DNA of 64,000 nucleotides from a virus. This document shows positions 15,201 through 25,566 of this stretch, piece by piece. The notes below the pieces were generated by a model. It saw only the letters and a list, made by a program, of their open reading frames with translations, searched no databases and was not told where the DNA came from. The position numbers and the translations under genes are program-made. Numbering within the stretch: the first letter of the stretch is position 1; every line of letters begins with the position of its first letter. The stretch covers positions 74,517 to 138,516 of the IMG/VR virus record IMGVR_UViG_3300043788_000114; one strand, written 5' to 3'.

Positions 15201-16331
15201 ATGGCAACTGAAGGCGAATATCTTAGCCCTGAGAGCGAGAACGATCCACCCGATTCAATCGAAGCGGCCCCGTCCACGCTGGCCGTCATCACTCAGTCCG
15301 AGTACGCGGCAATGGTGGCGACGGCGAACCTGAAAGGCAACAAGCGGAGTGTCGACGAGTTCTCGAAAAAGCTGATGCTCTACGCTACGCATTCGCAGCC
15401 GGTCGCGCTGGGAATGTTTTACAGCCTGCCGCGCGCCGGGAAGCAGATTGTCGGCCCCTCGGTGCGGTTTGCGGAAGTGGTGGCTCCGTGCTGGAAGAAC
15501 AACTCGACAGGCTCGCGGATCATCGGCGAGACGGAGCAGACGGTTACCGCACAGGGCGTGTTCCTCGACTACGAAGCCAACATGAGGAACGTGAAGGAGA
15601 TTCCTCGCCGAATCACCAGCGGCGACGGGCGGAAATTCAACGCGGATATGATTTTGACGACTTCCAAGGCCGCGCTGAGCATCGCCTACCGCGAAGCGAT
15701 TTTGAAGGGCGGTGTACCGCAGGCGCTCTGGACCCCGGCATTCGAGGAATCCAAACTGACCGCCGTGGGCAAGGCGATGAGCCACAGCGCCCGCGTGGAC
15801 GCCGCCATGGAGTACCTGACCAAACTGGGCGTGACCGAGTGGCAAATCCTCAATGCGGTGGGACTCGCATCGCCAAAAGAGATGGAGACCGAGCACCTTG
15901 TCACCCTGAAAGTGATGTGCGAAGAGATCAAGCGCGGCGACAGGACCATCGAGGCTGTCTTTGGCTCGCCGCACGACAAGGAAATCGATGCCCTGTTCAC
16001 GCAACTCAAGAAAGGCGAAGCGGAAAAGACTCTGCTGCGCCGCTCGTACATGGGCCGCGCCAAGGACCTGCTGGACTACCTGAAGGGCCAACTCGCTCCT
16101 TCCGGACAAAGCAGATCAGTCGAGACAAAGCCGGAGGCGCAAGCATCGCAAGCAGACACCGGAAGCACGCAAGCATCCAGTAAAGGAAAGGGCAAGAAGG
16201 GCAAGGATGCGGCTCAAGCCGAGCCTACCGGAGCGGCGACCGAGGAAAAGAAGCCGGAGGCCGCGCCAGAGGAGAAGGCGGAGACCAAACCGGAAACCAA
16301 GAGCGGCGAGAGCCAGTCATTTAACTTTTAA
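15201..16331 (+). CDS. Putative ssDNA-annealing/recombination protein
   Basis: YSLPRAGKQIVGPSVRFAE..A..W.N, typical of phage recombination modules; low-complexity tail. Function is inferred from context. Confidence 0.55.
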   Translation: MATEGEYLSPESENDPPDSIEAAPSTLAVITQSEYAAMVATANLKGNKRSVDEFSKKLMLYATHSQPVALGMFYSLPRAGKQIVGPSVRFAEVVAPCWKNNSTGSRIIGETEQTVTAQGVFLDYEANMRNVKEIPRRITSGDGRKFNADMILTTSKAALSIAYREAILKGGVPQALWTPAFEESKLTAVGKAMSHSARVDAAMEYLTKLGVTEWQILNAVGLASPKEMETEHLVTLKVMCEEIKRGDRTIEAVFGSPHDKEIDALFTQLKKGEAEKTLLRRSYMGRAKDLLDYLKGQLAPSGQSRSVETKPEAQASQADTGSTQASSKGKGKKGKDAAQAEPTGAATEEKKPEAAPEEKAETKPETKSGESQSFNF

Positions 16332-16355
16332 GTAAGTGCAACCGGGAGGAAAGAC

Positions 16356-16688
16356 ATGAAAACATTTGGAGTTGTAGTGGGGGGCGTCGTCTTGGCGCTC
16401 GCTCTAATCGTCGGGATCGACCAGTTTGGTTTCGCTCTCGGCTTGTGGGATACGACGTTCTGGGGTGTAAAGCAGCAGGACGCCCAACGGAAAGTCTTCG
16501 AACAAACACAGAGCTACGTGCAAGGCAAGATTCAGAACATCGAACAGGAATGCTTTGCATACCAAAAGGCCGATGGCGCTCAGAAGAAGGCGCTCGCTGG
16601 CGAAATCCGCAACGAAGCATCCACCATCGACATAAGCAAACTGCCATCTGATGAGCAGTCCTGCGTCGAAGAAGCGAGGGGACAATGA
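16356..16688 (+). CDS. Membrane-anchored hypothetical protein
   Basis: N-terminal TM segment, RKVFEQTQSYVQG; CAACCGGGAGG RBS. Confidence 0.7.
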   Translation: MKTFGVVVGGVVLALALIVGIDQFGFALGLWDTTFWGVKQQDAQRKVFEQTQSYVQGKIQNIEQECFAYQKADGAQKKALAGEIRNEASTIDISKLPSDEQSCVEEARGQ

Positions 16689-17266
16689 AAATCACTCTGA
16701 TGGGATTTTTGGCTTTGGTGGTTCTCGGGTGCTGCGCTTTCGATGACAACGGGTGCGGCACTGCGCCCACGTCGGACACCACTCAGCAGGTACAACAAGA
16801 AAAGATGTCTCAAGAATCAAACGCGCAGGTCGGGATGCCGGGGATAACCAACTTCACCGAGAAGAAGGTGATGAAGCGGCTCTACGAGATGCGCGACAAG
16901 AATGTGGCGACCTACACCTATCTAGTGGACTTACAGGGGCAGTTACACCATGTCTGCGATTCGATGGGTTACGGACTTCCCTATGGTGTCCAGTTCAGCA
17001 ATCCAGAGAAGGTGATGAGTTCCAGCACTTACGCGCTGATGCCGCAGTCAGAGCCGAACGGCTTGTTTATGCCGCCAAGCGCGGAGGGAACTTGGGTAAT
17101 CTGCGCATCGACCAGCGGAGAATTCACGCCGATGTATCTGGAGCCGCGTGTCATTGTCAGCCCGTTTCGTCTACGAGCGGTGGACGACTACGCGCTCTCT
17201 GGCAACACGAACGATGCGCTCACGAAGCAGGAACTCCACTCGAAGTACATACCGGCTGTGAAGTGA
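16685..17266 (+). CDS. Putative lipoprotein
   Basis: Signal peptide with LGC; GYGLPY..QFSNP, EPNGLF..PSAEGTW. Confidence 0.7.
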   Translation: MKITLMGFLALVVLGCCAFDDNGCGTAPTSDTTQQVQQEKMSQESNAQVGMPGITNFTEKKVMKRLYEMRDKNVATYTYLVDLQGQLHHVCDSMGYGLPYGVQFSNPEKVMSSSTYALMPQSEPNGLFMPPSAEGTWVICASTSGEFTPMYLEPRVIVSPFRLRAVDDYALSGNTNDALTKQELHSKYIPAVK

Positions 17267-17541
17267 GCTACGTCATCCATCTCGAATGGCTGGAAGGAAC
17301 CAGCGTTAACGGTAGGAACGTCGATGGTCAGTACCTCCGCTCGTATGATCCTGATGCCTTTGACGGACAAGGCGACATGACGGCGACACATGACCTGAAA
17401 GAGGCGAAGCACTTTTCGGACATCAAGGCCGCGATGGAATTCTACCGCCAAGTCAGCACCGTCCGGCCTGTTCGCGGAGACGGGAAACCAAACCGACCAC
17501 TCACAGCATTCACGGTGAGTTTTAAGAGTGTAGCGGATTAG
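17263..17541 (+). CDS. Hypothetical protein
   Basis: GTG overlaps the previous stop; RGDGKPNRPLTAF. Confidence 0.6.
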   Translation: MSYVIHLEWLEGTSVNGRNVDGQYLRSYDPDAFDGQGDMTATHDLKEAKHFSDIKAAMEFYRQVSTVRPVRGDGKPNRPLTAFTVSFKSVAD

Positions 17542-17556
17542 CAACCGGGAGGAATC

Positions 17557-18192
17557 ATGTTCACAAGTGAATTTCGTAAAGTAGGAGAGTTGACACTCCC
17601 GTCATTTTCCGGGACGCGGGTGATGATGCTGCCCATCGTGATCGGTGAGCGCGGGAGTCTCCCTGACTTCGTATCGCACTACAAACACACAGCATGGCGA
17701 TTAGCACAGATGTGCGACGCGGACCACCTTGGCAAGGTTGGCTATCTAACTATCGACGAGAAACTTGTTCCGTCTGGGCGCACACATCGCCGCGCCGGGA
17801 TGCACGTGGACGGCGGAGAAGGCCGTGGATGGGGCGGCGGACGCCCGTGGGCCAGCAAGGCGGGAATGCTCACAGTTTCTTCGCACCCCGGATGCCGCGC
17901 GTGGGCTCAGGAGTTCGACGGCGAAGTTGGAGACGAGGGAAGCTGCGATCATCTGGCCGATCAACTCAAATCGGATGGGACCGTGCTCGGAGCCGGGGAA
18001 GTGTACTGGCTCGGCGGTCTGTGCGTCCACGAATCTCTTCCACAACCGGAGAACGTGAAGCGTCAATTCATCAGGCTTTCCTTCCCTTCGACGGCCCCAT
18101 GGTACGAGGGCTACACCGAAAACCCGTTGGGGATAAAACCGACAGGACCAATCCTGCCGCGACGCAAGTTTATGGATGAGGTAGCCGCATGA
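17557..18192 (+). CDS. 2OG-Fe(II) oxygenase-like protein
   Basis: HxD (MHVDG), distal H (VHES) and RQFIRL. Confidence 0.6.
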   Translation: MFTSEFRKVGELTLPSFSGTRVMMLPIVIGERGSLPDFVSHYKHTAWRLAQMCDADHLGKVGYLTIDEKLVPSGRTHRRAGMHVDGGEGRGWGGGRPWASKAGMLTVSSHPGCRAWAQEFDGEVGDEGSCDHLADQLKSDGTVLGAGEVYWLGGLCVHESLPQPENVKRQFIRLSFPSTAPWYEGYTENPLGIKPTGPILPRRKFMDEVAA

Positions 18193-18206
18193 AGCCGGAG
18201 GAATCA

Positions 18207-18923
18207 ATGACGGATGTACTCGAACTGGAAGATGCGCTCGCAGGAACTCACATCAAGAGTGCTTGCGAGAAAGCCGCCGCGATGGCACAGACAGCGAACA
18301 AGCCTGTGCATTTTGAATTCAACGGCACTCATGTAACTGCGCAACCGGGGGAGACAGCGGAGACGCTGGTAAACCGCTGGCAGGATGATTTTGATGCGGC
18401 GGCGAGAGCGTGGCGCGAATCTCCAGAACGGAAGATCGAAGAGGAGAAGCGAGCAGCGGAGGAGAAAGCTGCACGCGAAGCGCACATAACGGAAGCGGCT
18501 TCCACCGAAGCTGAGATGCGTGAAGCGAAAGTGCCGTGGCCGAAAACCAAGGAACAACTTACGGAGTACATCGAATCGCTCGTGAGCAAACAGCACGACT
18601 ATGGAACCTGCGTTTACGCGATGAGCATGGCCGCAGAGGCCGCGTTTAACTACGTCTCTAATTGTCTCGGCGTGACAGGATTCCAAGCATCCTGCGCCGA
18701 TCTTGACTTCATCAAGAGGACGCGCGGCATAGATGGTCCATTCATGCTCATCAAAGGCGAGGACATGCTATACCCGCAATACAACCTAGTGGACAATCTA
18801 CTCGAAGCGATGAAAGAGTGGAAGCCTTGGGCAAAAGAGGAAGCGGAGAAAAAGCTGAGCGAGAATACCTCCGCACATCCCGATGTAATCGCGCATTGGA
18901 AAGCGCTGGCTTCGCAAAAGTAA
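18207..18923 (+). CDS. Hypothetical phage protein
   Basis: HDYGTCVYAM...GVTGFQASC...LYPQY...HPDVIAHW. Confidence 0.7.
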   Translation: MTDVLELEDALAGTHIKSACEKAAAMAQTANKPVHFEFNGTHVTAQPGETAETLVNRWQDDFDAAARAWRESPERKIEEEKRAAEEKAAREAHITEAASTEAEMREAKVPWPKTKEQLTEYIESLVSKQHDYGTCVYAMSMAAEAAFNYVSNCLGVTGFQASCADLDFIKRTRGIDGPFMLIKGEDMLYPQYNLVDNLLEAMKEWKPWAKEEAEKKLSENTSAHPDVIAHWKALASQK

Positions 18924-18924
18924 C

Positions 18925-19320
18925 ATGGCAATCACTCTCAACTTCGCCTGCAATAACCCAGACAATGGGAACTTTATTGGTCACTTCGACCGCATGGATG
19001 TGGATGCTGGCGATCTGCACATGGAGTTCGAAGGATCAGAGGAAACGATCACTTTTGATTTCCCGGCACGCGGCGGATACGGAAGCGTCACGATTAACGA
19101 GGAACATTTTCCTTCGCTTGCCTACAACGAGTGGTACGGAAATTGGTGCTGGAATGCAGCGTCGTTCACGTGGGTAGAAGCGCTGACCATCATCAATTAT
19201 TTGGGAGCGAAAGGTTGGAGCATGACTGAGGGACCCTGTGAACTCTTTGACGCCTACAAAGATAGGCATCAGATCACGCCGCTCGAATGGAAAGCGGAGA
19301 ACGAAAGAAAGATCGCATGA
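18925..19320 (+). CDS. Hypothetical protein
   Basis: Coupled ORF; WYGNWCWN. Confidence 0.6.
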   Translation: MAITLNFACNNPDNGNFIGHFDRMDVDAGDLHMEFEGSEETITFDFPARGGYGSVTINEEHFPSLAYNEWYGNWCWNAASFTWVEALTIINYLGAKGWSMTEGPCELFDAYKDRHQITPLEWKAENERKIA

Positions 19321-19501
19321 GACGCCAGCGCGACATCTTAGTTCTCACCATCCGCAGCCTTCACGTAGGCGAGGAGTTCTGCTGCACGTCTCGCTCCTAT
19401 GAAGGGATCGAGGAGAGGCTAGAAGCCTACCGCATATCGAATCCCGGAAGGCGTTTTGCAATTCAAAAAACCAACCGTATCTATACGGTGAGGAGAGTCC
19501 G

Positions 19502-20809
19502 TTGACGGCCAAACTAGTCAAAATAGACCCAGCGAAAGTCCCCCCTACCCACCAGAGCACAGAGCTTTTGATGGGGTGCAAGAAAAACTACGTCACGCAA
19601 ATCATCGAAGGCCGCAGGAATCCGGGTGGTGTGGAATCGGCTCGCGGCAGGGAGATTCACCACACTATGTCCCTGTACCTTTCCCACTGTGCGCGCAAAG
19701 GCGTTGCAATGGACCTGAGTGCCTTTGATGAATTCGCAAAGGGTGCAGGAGCCGTAGCGTCGAAGATTCTCGTTGGCGTCCGCGACAGCTACGAGGTAGA
19801 CTTCGCCGCCCTTTTTGCCACCGAGCTACGGATGTGCCTAGATGAAAACTTTCGACCGACAGAGCTATCGCCGGAAGTCGAAGGAATCTGCGAAGACAGC
19901 GGCGAGGAAGCGGCCTACGTCGGCACGCTTGATGGGCTGAATCTTTATCGCGAAGAAGGCAGGATCGTCGTGGATGACTTTAAGAGCCATCCAAGGCCGT
20001 ACAATCCATTCGACCCAGACAAGAGTATGCAGGGGAAAGAGTATAGCCTTTTCTGCTTTCTGCATTTTCCGTGGGCGAACGAGGTGAAATTCCGATTGGT
20101 ATTCGTTCGCTTTCGCAAGTTGGTACGCGAAGTGACTTACGTGCGTGATGATGTTCCAGAACTAGTCGAAGCCGTGAGGTCCATGCGGTCGCGCCAGAAG
20201 GGGATTCACGAGGAGTACATCGCCGGAAAGGAAATCGAGGCGACAGGTAATGATGGGTGCGTGTACTGTCCGCTCCTCTCAAATCGCGAATGCCCGATTC
20301 TGCAAGACAATCCAAACGCGCAGGGTGAACCTTCCGAGTGGTTGAGTAGCTCACTCGTCTATAGCGCATACGCCAAAGTGAACAACGCTAGGATGCGGGC
20401 ACATGTGCAGGGAACAGGCAGACCAATCGTTCTGCGCGACTATAACCAGAAGGCTTACAGTTTTGGCCCCGTAGAAAGTGAGAGTAATATCTACCCTCTT
20501 TTCAAAAAGACAGCCGATGGGATCGCCTTGGATGTGCATGGCAATCCAGATATGCCAATCGTGAGCCTTCTGCTCGATTACGCTCATGCGACTCCAGATG
20601 ATACGAAATGGATGGGTAATCTTCTCATTTCATCAACAAAACTTAATAGTTACTTGGGTACTAAAGGCCGCGCGATGCTCGATCAGGCTGTTTCCGACAC
20701 CGCAGACAAAGTAACTAAAGCCACTTTGAAGGTGAGCAAACCATTGGATTCTATCGACGAAGAGCCCGACGAGGGCGGCGAGGGTTGGGACGAGGACGAA
20801 GACTTTTAA
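19502..20809 (+). CDS. PD-(D/E)XK exonuclease (Cas4/RecB-like)
   Basis: C...GREIH...GTLD...VDDFKS...Q..EY...CVYC.....C. Confidence 0.8.
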   Translation: MTAKLVKIDPAKVPPTHQSTELLMGCKKNYVTQIIEGRRNPGGVESARGREIHHTMSLYLSHCARKGVAMDLSAFDEFAKGAGAVASKILVGVRDSYEVDFAALFATELRMCLDENFRPTELSPEVEGICEDSGEEAAYVGTLDGLNLYREEGRIVVDDFKSHPRPYNPFDPDKSMQGKEYSLFCFLHFPWANEVKFRLVFVRFRKLVREVTYVRDDVPELVEAVRSMRSRQKGIHEEYIAGKEIEATGNDGCVYCPLLSNRECPILQDNPNAQGEPSEWLSSSLVYSAYAKVNNARMRAHVQGTGRPIVLRDYNQKAYSFGPVESESNIYPLFKKTADGIALDVHGNPDMPIVSLLLDYAHATPDDTKWMGNLLISSTKLNSYLGTKGRAMLDQAVSDTADKVTKATLKVSKPLDSIDEEPDEGGEGWDEDEDF

Positions 20810-20824
20810 GAAAGGTGTGAGGAA

Positions 20825-21439
20825 ATGGCAAAGCTCATAGTGAACGAGGAAACAACGATGAAATGGCCGGATGGTGTAGACAGAACATTCATCCAGCTAC
20901 GCAAAGAAAACAAAGCGTGGAAGAAACCGTGGAAAGCATTGGTAACTTCGCTGACCAAGGAACTGGAGGGCCTTGGGGCAACTGGCTCCGTGCTGATTTG
21001 CCGGTCGGAAGATGAACGTCAGGACCCCGGTGTTGCCGTGTGGTTCTCGATGAAGAAAGTGGACTTTGGCTGGCAGCAGGGGCTCGGGCTCCCGACTCCA
21101 TCTCCGACACTCGATCAGATCGACGCGGCCTTCAAGGTCAAGGCCAAGCGGTTCCATCCTGACAACCGCGAGACTGGCGACCCGGAGCAGTTCAAGAAAC
21201 TCTCCGCGTGGAAAGACGCAGCAATCGCGTGGATCACCGGAACCCACGATCACAGCCGCGAATCGGTGATGGCGATTGACCAGTACACGGAAGCCAGATT
21301 GAACCTGTGCGCCATCCGGCTCGCCTTCGGACACATTCGTGGCCTCGCACGGGTGGGCGCTCCGGGCATCCTGTCGCAGACCCTCGGAGCATTCAGGGCC
21401 AAGCTGGCTGCGACCAGCAGTGAAGGGAAAGTGCTGTGA
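20825..21439 (+). CDS. J-domain-containing protein
   Basis: IDAAFKVKAKRFHPDN..TGD.EQF; DPGVAVWF. Confidence 0.75.
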   Translation: MAKLIVNEETTMKWPDGVDRTFIQLRKENKAWKKPWKALVTSLTKELEGLGATGSVLICRSEDERQDPGVAVWFSMKKVDFGWQQGLGLPTPSPTLDQIDAAFKVKAKRFHPDNRETGDPEQFKKLSAWKDAAIAWITGTHDHSRESVMAIDQYTEARLNLCAIRLAFGHIRGLARVGAPGILSQTLGAFRAKLAATSSEGKVL

Positions 21440-21629
21440 CGAGAAAGATCAAAGTCCGCACCCGCGATGACATCAAGCCGGGATTTATCCAGATCAGGAC
21501 GGTGAGCACGGCAAAGATTTGCGTGGACATCATCCTCACCGAGGATCAAATCTACGGGATTGTCGAAGCATTGAAGAACGGTACCGTGCCGCGTTACGAA
21601 GAGGCTCCGGAACAGAAGTGGAGAGAACT

Positions 21630-22136
21630 ATGAGCAGCATGTCGATTCTTAGCCCGTTGCCCGATCCGTCAGTGAAGCTCCGCGAGTTGACGGAAGAGAA
21701 TGCGCGCCTCGCCGACCGCGTGGATGAACTCGAAACGGAACTACGCAAGGAGCGCCGGAAGAATGAAGGAATCGAGAAAGGTGTGGCGGAGTTGAGGAAA
21801 ACGCTCACACCACTTTATCAGGGCCTCCAGATGATGTTCGGCCACATGGAGGCGATGGGAGTGAGTGGGAGCAACCAAGCCACAGCATCGGCACCGGGCA
21901 CCGACCCACGCAAAGCGGCTGTCTGGGAGGACTGGGTTGGGAAACTCGGCGGGAGAGAATCGTTTGCTGGCAAGATGATCATCGCGCTTCTACAGCACGG
22001 CGCACTTACATCGAAGCAGATCGCTATTCACATCGGAACCAAGCGTATGCAGACGGTCTACGAGACAACGCTCAAGGTCAATAAGGCTGGAATTCTGGAT
22101 AAGAACGGCGACAAATTCTCGCTGAAGGAACTCTGA
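21630..22136 (+). CDS. Coiled-coil plus winged-helix protein
   Basis: N-terminal heptads; LTSKQIAIHIG...V......NKAGIL.KNGDKFSL. Confidence 0.6.
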   Translation: MSSMSILSPLPDPSVKLRELTEENARLADRVDELETELRKERRKNEGIEKGVAELRKTLTPLYQGLQMMFGHMEAMGVSGSNQATASAPGTDPRKAAVWEDWVGKLGGRESFAGKMIIALLQHGALTSKQIAIHIGTKRMQTVYETTLKVNKAGILDKNGDKFSLKEL

Positions 22137-22137
22137 C

Positions 22138-22506
22138 ATGCAAATCTCGATCCTGAACAGCTTCCACGGTGACAAAGAAAAGGACATCGATACCGCGACC
22201 GACGATGGCCGCGCGCAGGCGGCGAAGCTCGTCGATGAGTTGCTTCGCTCAGGATCAGCCGTCTTTCTCGAACGGGAAGTGAATGGGGAAACCTACACCT
22301 ACCGTGTGACCGGATACGACCAGAAGACGAACAAGCTGATGATTCGTCTTGACGCTGAACAGGTTAAGGATGTGGCTGTGGAGATGCCGAGAAAGAAGAA
22401 CGCCGGACGAAAAGGACGCCCTCTTGGCCCGTATCGCAAGCGTCACGCGACGATAGATGCCAACAGCGGAAGAACAGTAGCGGTAGCTCCCCGGAGCGGC
22501 GGATAA
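22138..22506 (+). CDS. Hypothetical protein ending in Gly-Gly
   Basis: C-terminus VAVAPRSGG. Confidence 0.65.
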   Translation: MQISILNSFHGDKEKDIDTATDDGRAQAAKLVDELLRSGSAVFLEREVNGETYTYRVTGYDQKTNKLMIRLDAEQVKDVAVEMPRKKNAGRKGRPLGPYRKRHATIDANSGRTVAVAPRSGG

Positions 22507-22507
22507 G

Positions 22508-23263
22508 ATGGCGACGACAGAATTAAGCTGGAATGACGTTCGGCACGGCGTAGCCAAACTCTGCGAGGAGCGTGGCTGGCACCACGGCGTAGCGATGATG
22601 AGCAGCACCGATCCTACGCGCAGAGTGATTATGGCAAAGGGGAGTCCTTTGTCAGAAAAGCACGGTCACGACGTGCCTGTGGCCATCGGAGGCGCACCGG
22701 AAGTTCGCGTGTGCTCGGCAAGCGATGTGAACGAATGCCAAGATGAGGATTATGTCGTAAACACGTGGCACACAACGCGCAAGATGATTGCAGTGTGCAA
22801 TAACCGGAAAGGTGCATCAGTCCACAAGTTCGAGGCAACCACAGAGCGTTTCGAGATGTACCTTCGGACTCTCCTGTGCCAAGCGGGAGCCGTCGATTCC
22901 GATGCGGAATTCAAGGCAATGATCGCGCTCAGGAAAAGAATCAACGATAACCAATGGGACTGCTACGTGCTTGGAAATGCTTTTACGGAGACGAGCGAGC
23001 GATCAAATGTCACGTACATCTTCCGCAAGGGACTTCCGACGATTGCGATGCGATGCAGGCCGCGACCCGAAGGCGGCGAGACGAGGCATTTTCTAGCAGC
23101 GTTATGCTCGCACCCGCTGGCGTGGTTCGAAGGAACGCATGTTGGAGCCTATCCGCCAACAGATGAAGTGTTGGCAAATCTTCTGGCTGTCCGGGCAGAC
23201 GAACACATGTACTGGCGGAAAAGCATTCAGCACACGCTCGATGATCCACTGGCGGCAATCTGA
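22508..23263 (+). CDS. Hypothetical protein with a candidate Cys-His-Asp site
   Basis: LCSHP...PPTDEVLANLL...DE...W. Confidence 0.65.
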   Translation: MATTELSWNDVRHGVAKLCEERGWHHGVAMMSSTDPTRRVIMAKGSPLSEKHGHDVPVAIGGAPEVRVCSASDVNECQDEDYVVNTWHTTRKMIAVCNNRKGASVHKFEATTERFEMYLRTLLCQAGAVDSDAEFKAMIALRKRINDNQWDCYVLGNAFTETSERSNVTYIFRKGLPTIAMRCRPRPEGGETRHFLAALCSHPLAWFEGTHVGAYPPTDEVLANLLAVRADEHMYWRKSIQHTLDDPLAAI

Positions 23264-23481
23264 TGAAAGCAATTCTCAAGGAAGCCGAAGAGTTCCCGGA
23301 GGTGATGGACGTGCGGATGTGCGCGCGATACATGCGTATCTCCGCCGACACGCTCTACAAGTATGTTTCGGATGGCTTCATACCCGCTTTCAAGATGGGA
23401 AACCGCTGGCGTTTCAGAAAGACCATGATCGATGAATGGATGGATGAACAGATCAAGAAAAACGGAAAGGGAAAAGAATGA
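23263..23481 (+). CDS. Excisionase/HTH_17 DNA-binding protein
   Basis: MDV...ARYMRISADTLYKY...IPAFKMGNRWRF...IDEW. Confidence 0.88.
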   Translation: MKAILKEAEEFPEVMDVRMCARYMRISADTLYKYVSDGFIPAFKMGNRWRFRKTMIDEWMDEQIKKNGKGKE

Positions 23482-25370
23482 GGCTGAGCAAGATCGAACT
23501 GGAGAGCTACAGAAACCACGCACACTCCGTCATCGAGATAGGTGGCGCATCGTTCATTGTTTTTCGGGGTCCGAATCACGCCGGGAAGAGCAGCATCCGG
23601 GAAGCAATTTCGATGGGGCTCGCACTGACGACATCGAGTCTCGATCCACAAGGCCGAAACTTCACGCGCAAAATCAAGCGCGGCTCGGATAAGGGAGTGG
23701 TCAAGCTGGACATTCAGGGAAACCACCTGATCCAGCAGGTAGTGACGCTCAACACGAATACCACCGGTCGCACGGTTCGCTCGACATGTATTGACGATCC
23801 AGATTGGAGGCCGCTACCATTCGATAACTTTCTTGAGCGATTCAAAGACGCTCTTTTGGTTGCGGCGAACACTGACTACTTCCTGCTGCGGATGGATGAG
23901 AACCGGCAGAAGAGTCTGCTAGCCAAACTGGCTCTGCCGGAGCGCTACGATTTCCCGGAAGAGATTGTGCAGGGCGTTGTAAAAGCTCTCGGAGAAGGCG
24001 CGATCAAATTCGATGGCGAGCCATTCGCCGTGATAGCTCAGGCCTACAAGAAACTCTACGAGGAGCGGGCCGTAGTCAATCGGCAGGTGAAGGACTTTGT
24101 GATCCCGGAGAAACTTCCCATTGTAACGGGAGTGGATTCCGATTCACTGCAAAAGAAACTGGGAGAAGCACGCGCCGAGCGCCAGAATATCGAAAGCGAG
24201 AAAGATGCTGCGGTGAAGGCGGCGGGCGACGTGGAAGTGAAGCGCGCCAAGATGACGACGAAGATGGACGGCCTCAAAGAGAGGTGCATCCAGCTTTCTA
24301 CGCGCATAAAGGAGATTGAAAACGCTCTTCTGCCCGACGAGCAGATCGACTCGCTCAAGATTGTGGCGAAACGGAAAGAGGAGCACGACAAGATCGTTAC
24401 ACGACTCTCCGAACTCGACACCAAAATCACGGATGCGAGAAAAGAGTGGGAGGCGTGGAAGAGTCTGGGAACTGATTTACTGCGCTGCCCAAAGTGCGAG
24501 CAGCCGATCACCAAGGAATACGTGGAAAGCAATGTGAGCGGATCGCTTGCTGTATTGGAAAACGCGAAAAGTTCACACGCTGAATTGTTGACGGAACTCA
24601 AAGCACTGGGCGATGTGGACGGTGCGGTTGCCAGCATTGCAAAGCAGGAAACCGATCTGAGGGAGAAGGCCACTCTCCAAAAGACGCTGGATGACACGAT
24701 CAAGGAAGGCAGAGAGTTACGCAAGGATGTAGACGCGCTGGGTCCAGCGGTGAACGCAGCGGCGCAGTATGGCGATCCACTTGAAGCGGTGGATAAGAAG
24801 ATCAACTGGATCGTTGAAGAACTGCGCCCGGTGATTGCCGCCGAGGAGAGAGTGAAGGAGATCAAGACCAAGACGGAGGCATTGGAGGTTCTGCAAAAGC
24901 AGGCGTCTCGGCTGGACGAACTTGTCAAGTATTTCGACAAGGATGGGATCAAAGCCAAACTTCTCGCGGAGCACATTGGCGGATTCGAGAACAAGCTGAA
25001 TGAGACGCTAGGCGCGTTCGGATACAAGTGCGCCCTATCCATCGAGCCCTACGAGATGCAAGTCACGAATACGGCTGGCGACACGATCCTGACCACGGAA
25101 CTATCCGACTCGGAGCAGTTGATGTTTTCCGTGGCTCTGCAATGCGCCGTGAGCCGGGTTGCTGGCATCGGCTTCATCGTGGCGGACCGGATGGATACCT
25201 TTCTTCCAGAAGAGCGCAAGAAGGCGAACAGGTGTCTATACATGATGGCCACTGACAAGATTCTGGAGCAGGTGATCATGGTCCTCTCCGATGAGAGCAC
25301 GGAAGTGCCGAATCTACCGGGCTCCGCATTCTTCTTTGTGAACAAGGGCACGGTAAAGCGACTGGAGTAA
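23478..25370 (+). CDS. SbcC/Rad50-like ABC ATPase
   Basis: GPNHAGKSS, coiled coil with a CPKC hook, signature LSDSE, Walker B-like IVADRMD. Confidence 0.85.
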   Translation: MRLSKIELESYRNHAHSVIEIGGASFIVFRGPNHAGKSSIREAISMGLALTTSSLDPQGRNFTRKIKRGSDKGVVKLDIQGNHLIQQVVTLNTNTTGRTVRSTCIDDPDWRPLPFDNFLERFKDALLVAANTDYFLLRMDENRQKSLLAKLALPERYDFPEEIVQGVVKALGEGAIKFDGEPFAVIAQAYKKLYEERAVVNRQVKDFVIPEKLPIVTGVDSDSLQKKLGEARAERQNIESEKDAAVKAAGDVEVKRAKMTTKMDGLKERCIQLSTRIKEIENALLPDEQIDSLKIVAKRKEEHDKIVTRLSELDTKITDARKEWEAWKSLGTDLLRCPKCEQPITKEYVESNVSGSLAVLENAKSSHAELLTELKALGDVDGAVASIAKQETDLREKATLQKTLDDTIKEGRELRKDVDALGPAVNAAAQYGDPLEAVDKKINWIVEELRPVIAAEERVKEIKTKTEALEVLQKQASRLDELVKYFDKDGIKAKLLAEHIGGFENKLNETLGAFGYKCALSIEPYEMQVTNTAGDTILTTELSDSEQLMFSVALQCAVSRVAGIGFIVADRMDTFLPEERKKANRCLYMMATDKILEQVIMVLSDESTEVPNLPGSAFFFVNKGTVKRLE

Positions 25371-25566
25371 GCATGAAGACACCGTTCGGCGAGTTCATTG
25401 AAGACGAGAATATCCCAGAAGGTACGTTCTACATCATCAACCAGCGATACAAAACCGTGCAGGTGAATCAGGGAGAGCCGCCGATTCTCAAAGAAGTGTT
25501 AGACATTGAAGCGACGGCCAACGCTTCTTTGGTCATCAAGAATATCGGAACAGGAAAGGAAAACAA

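Noticed and set aside
19502-20809. CRISPR-Cas locus suggested by the Cas4-like nuclease
   Set aside because: No repeat-spacer array or other cas genes seen. The context is a phage recombination module.
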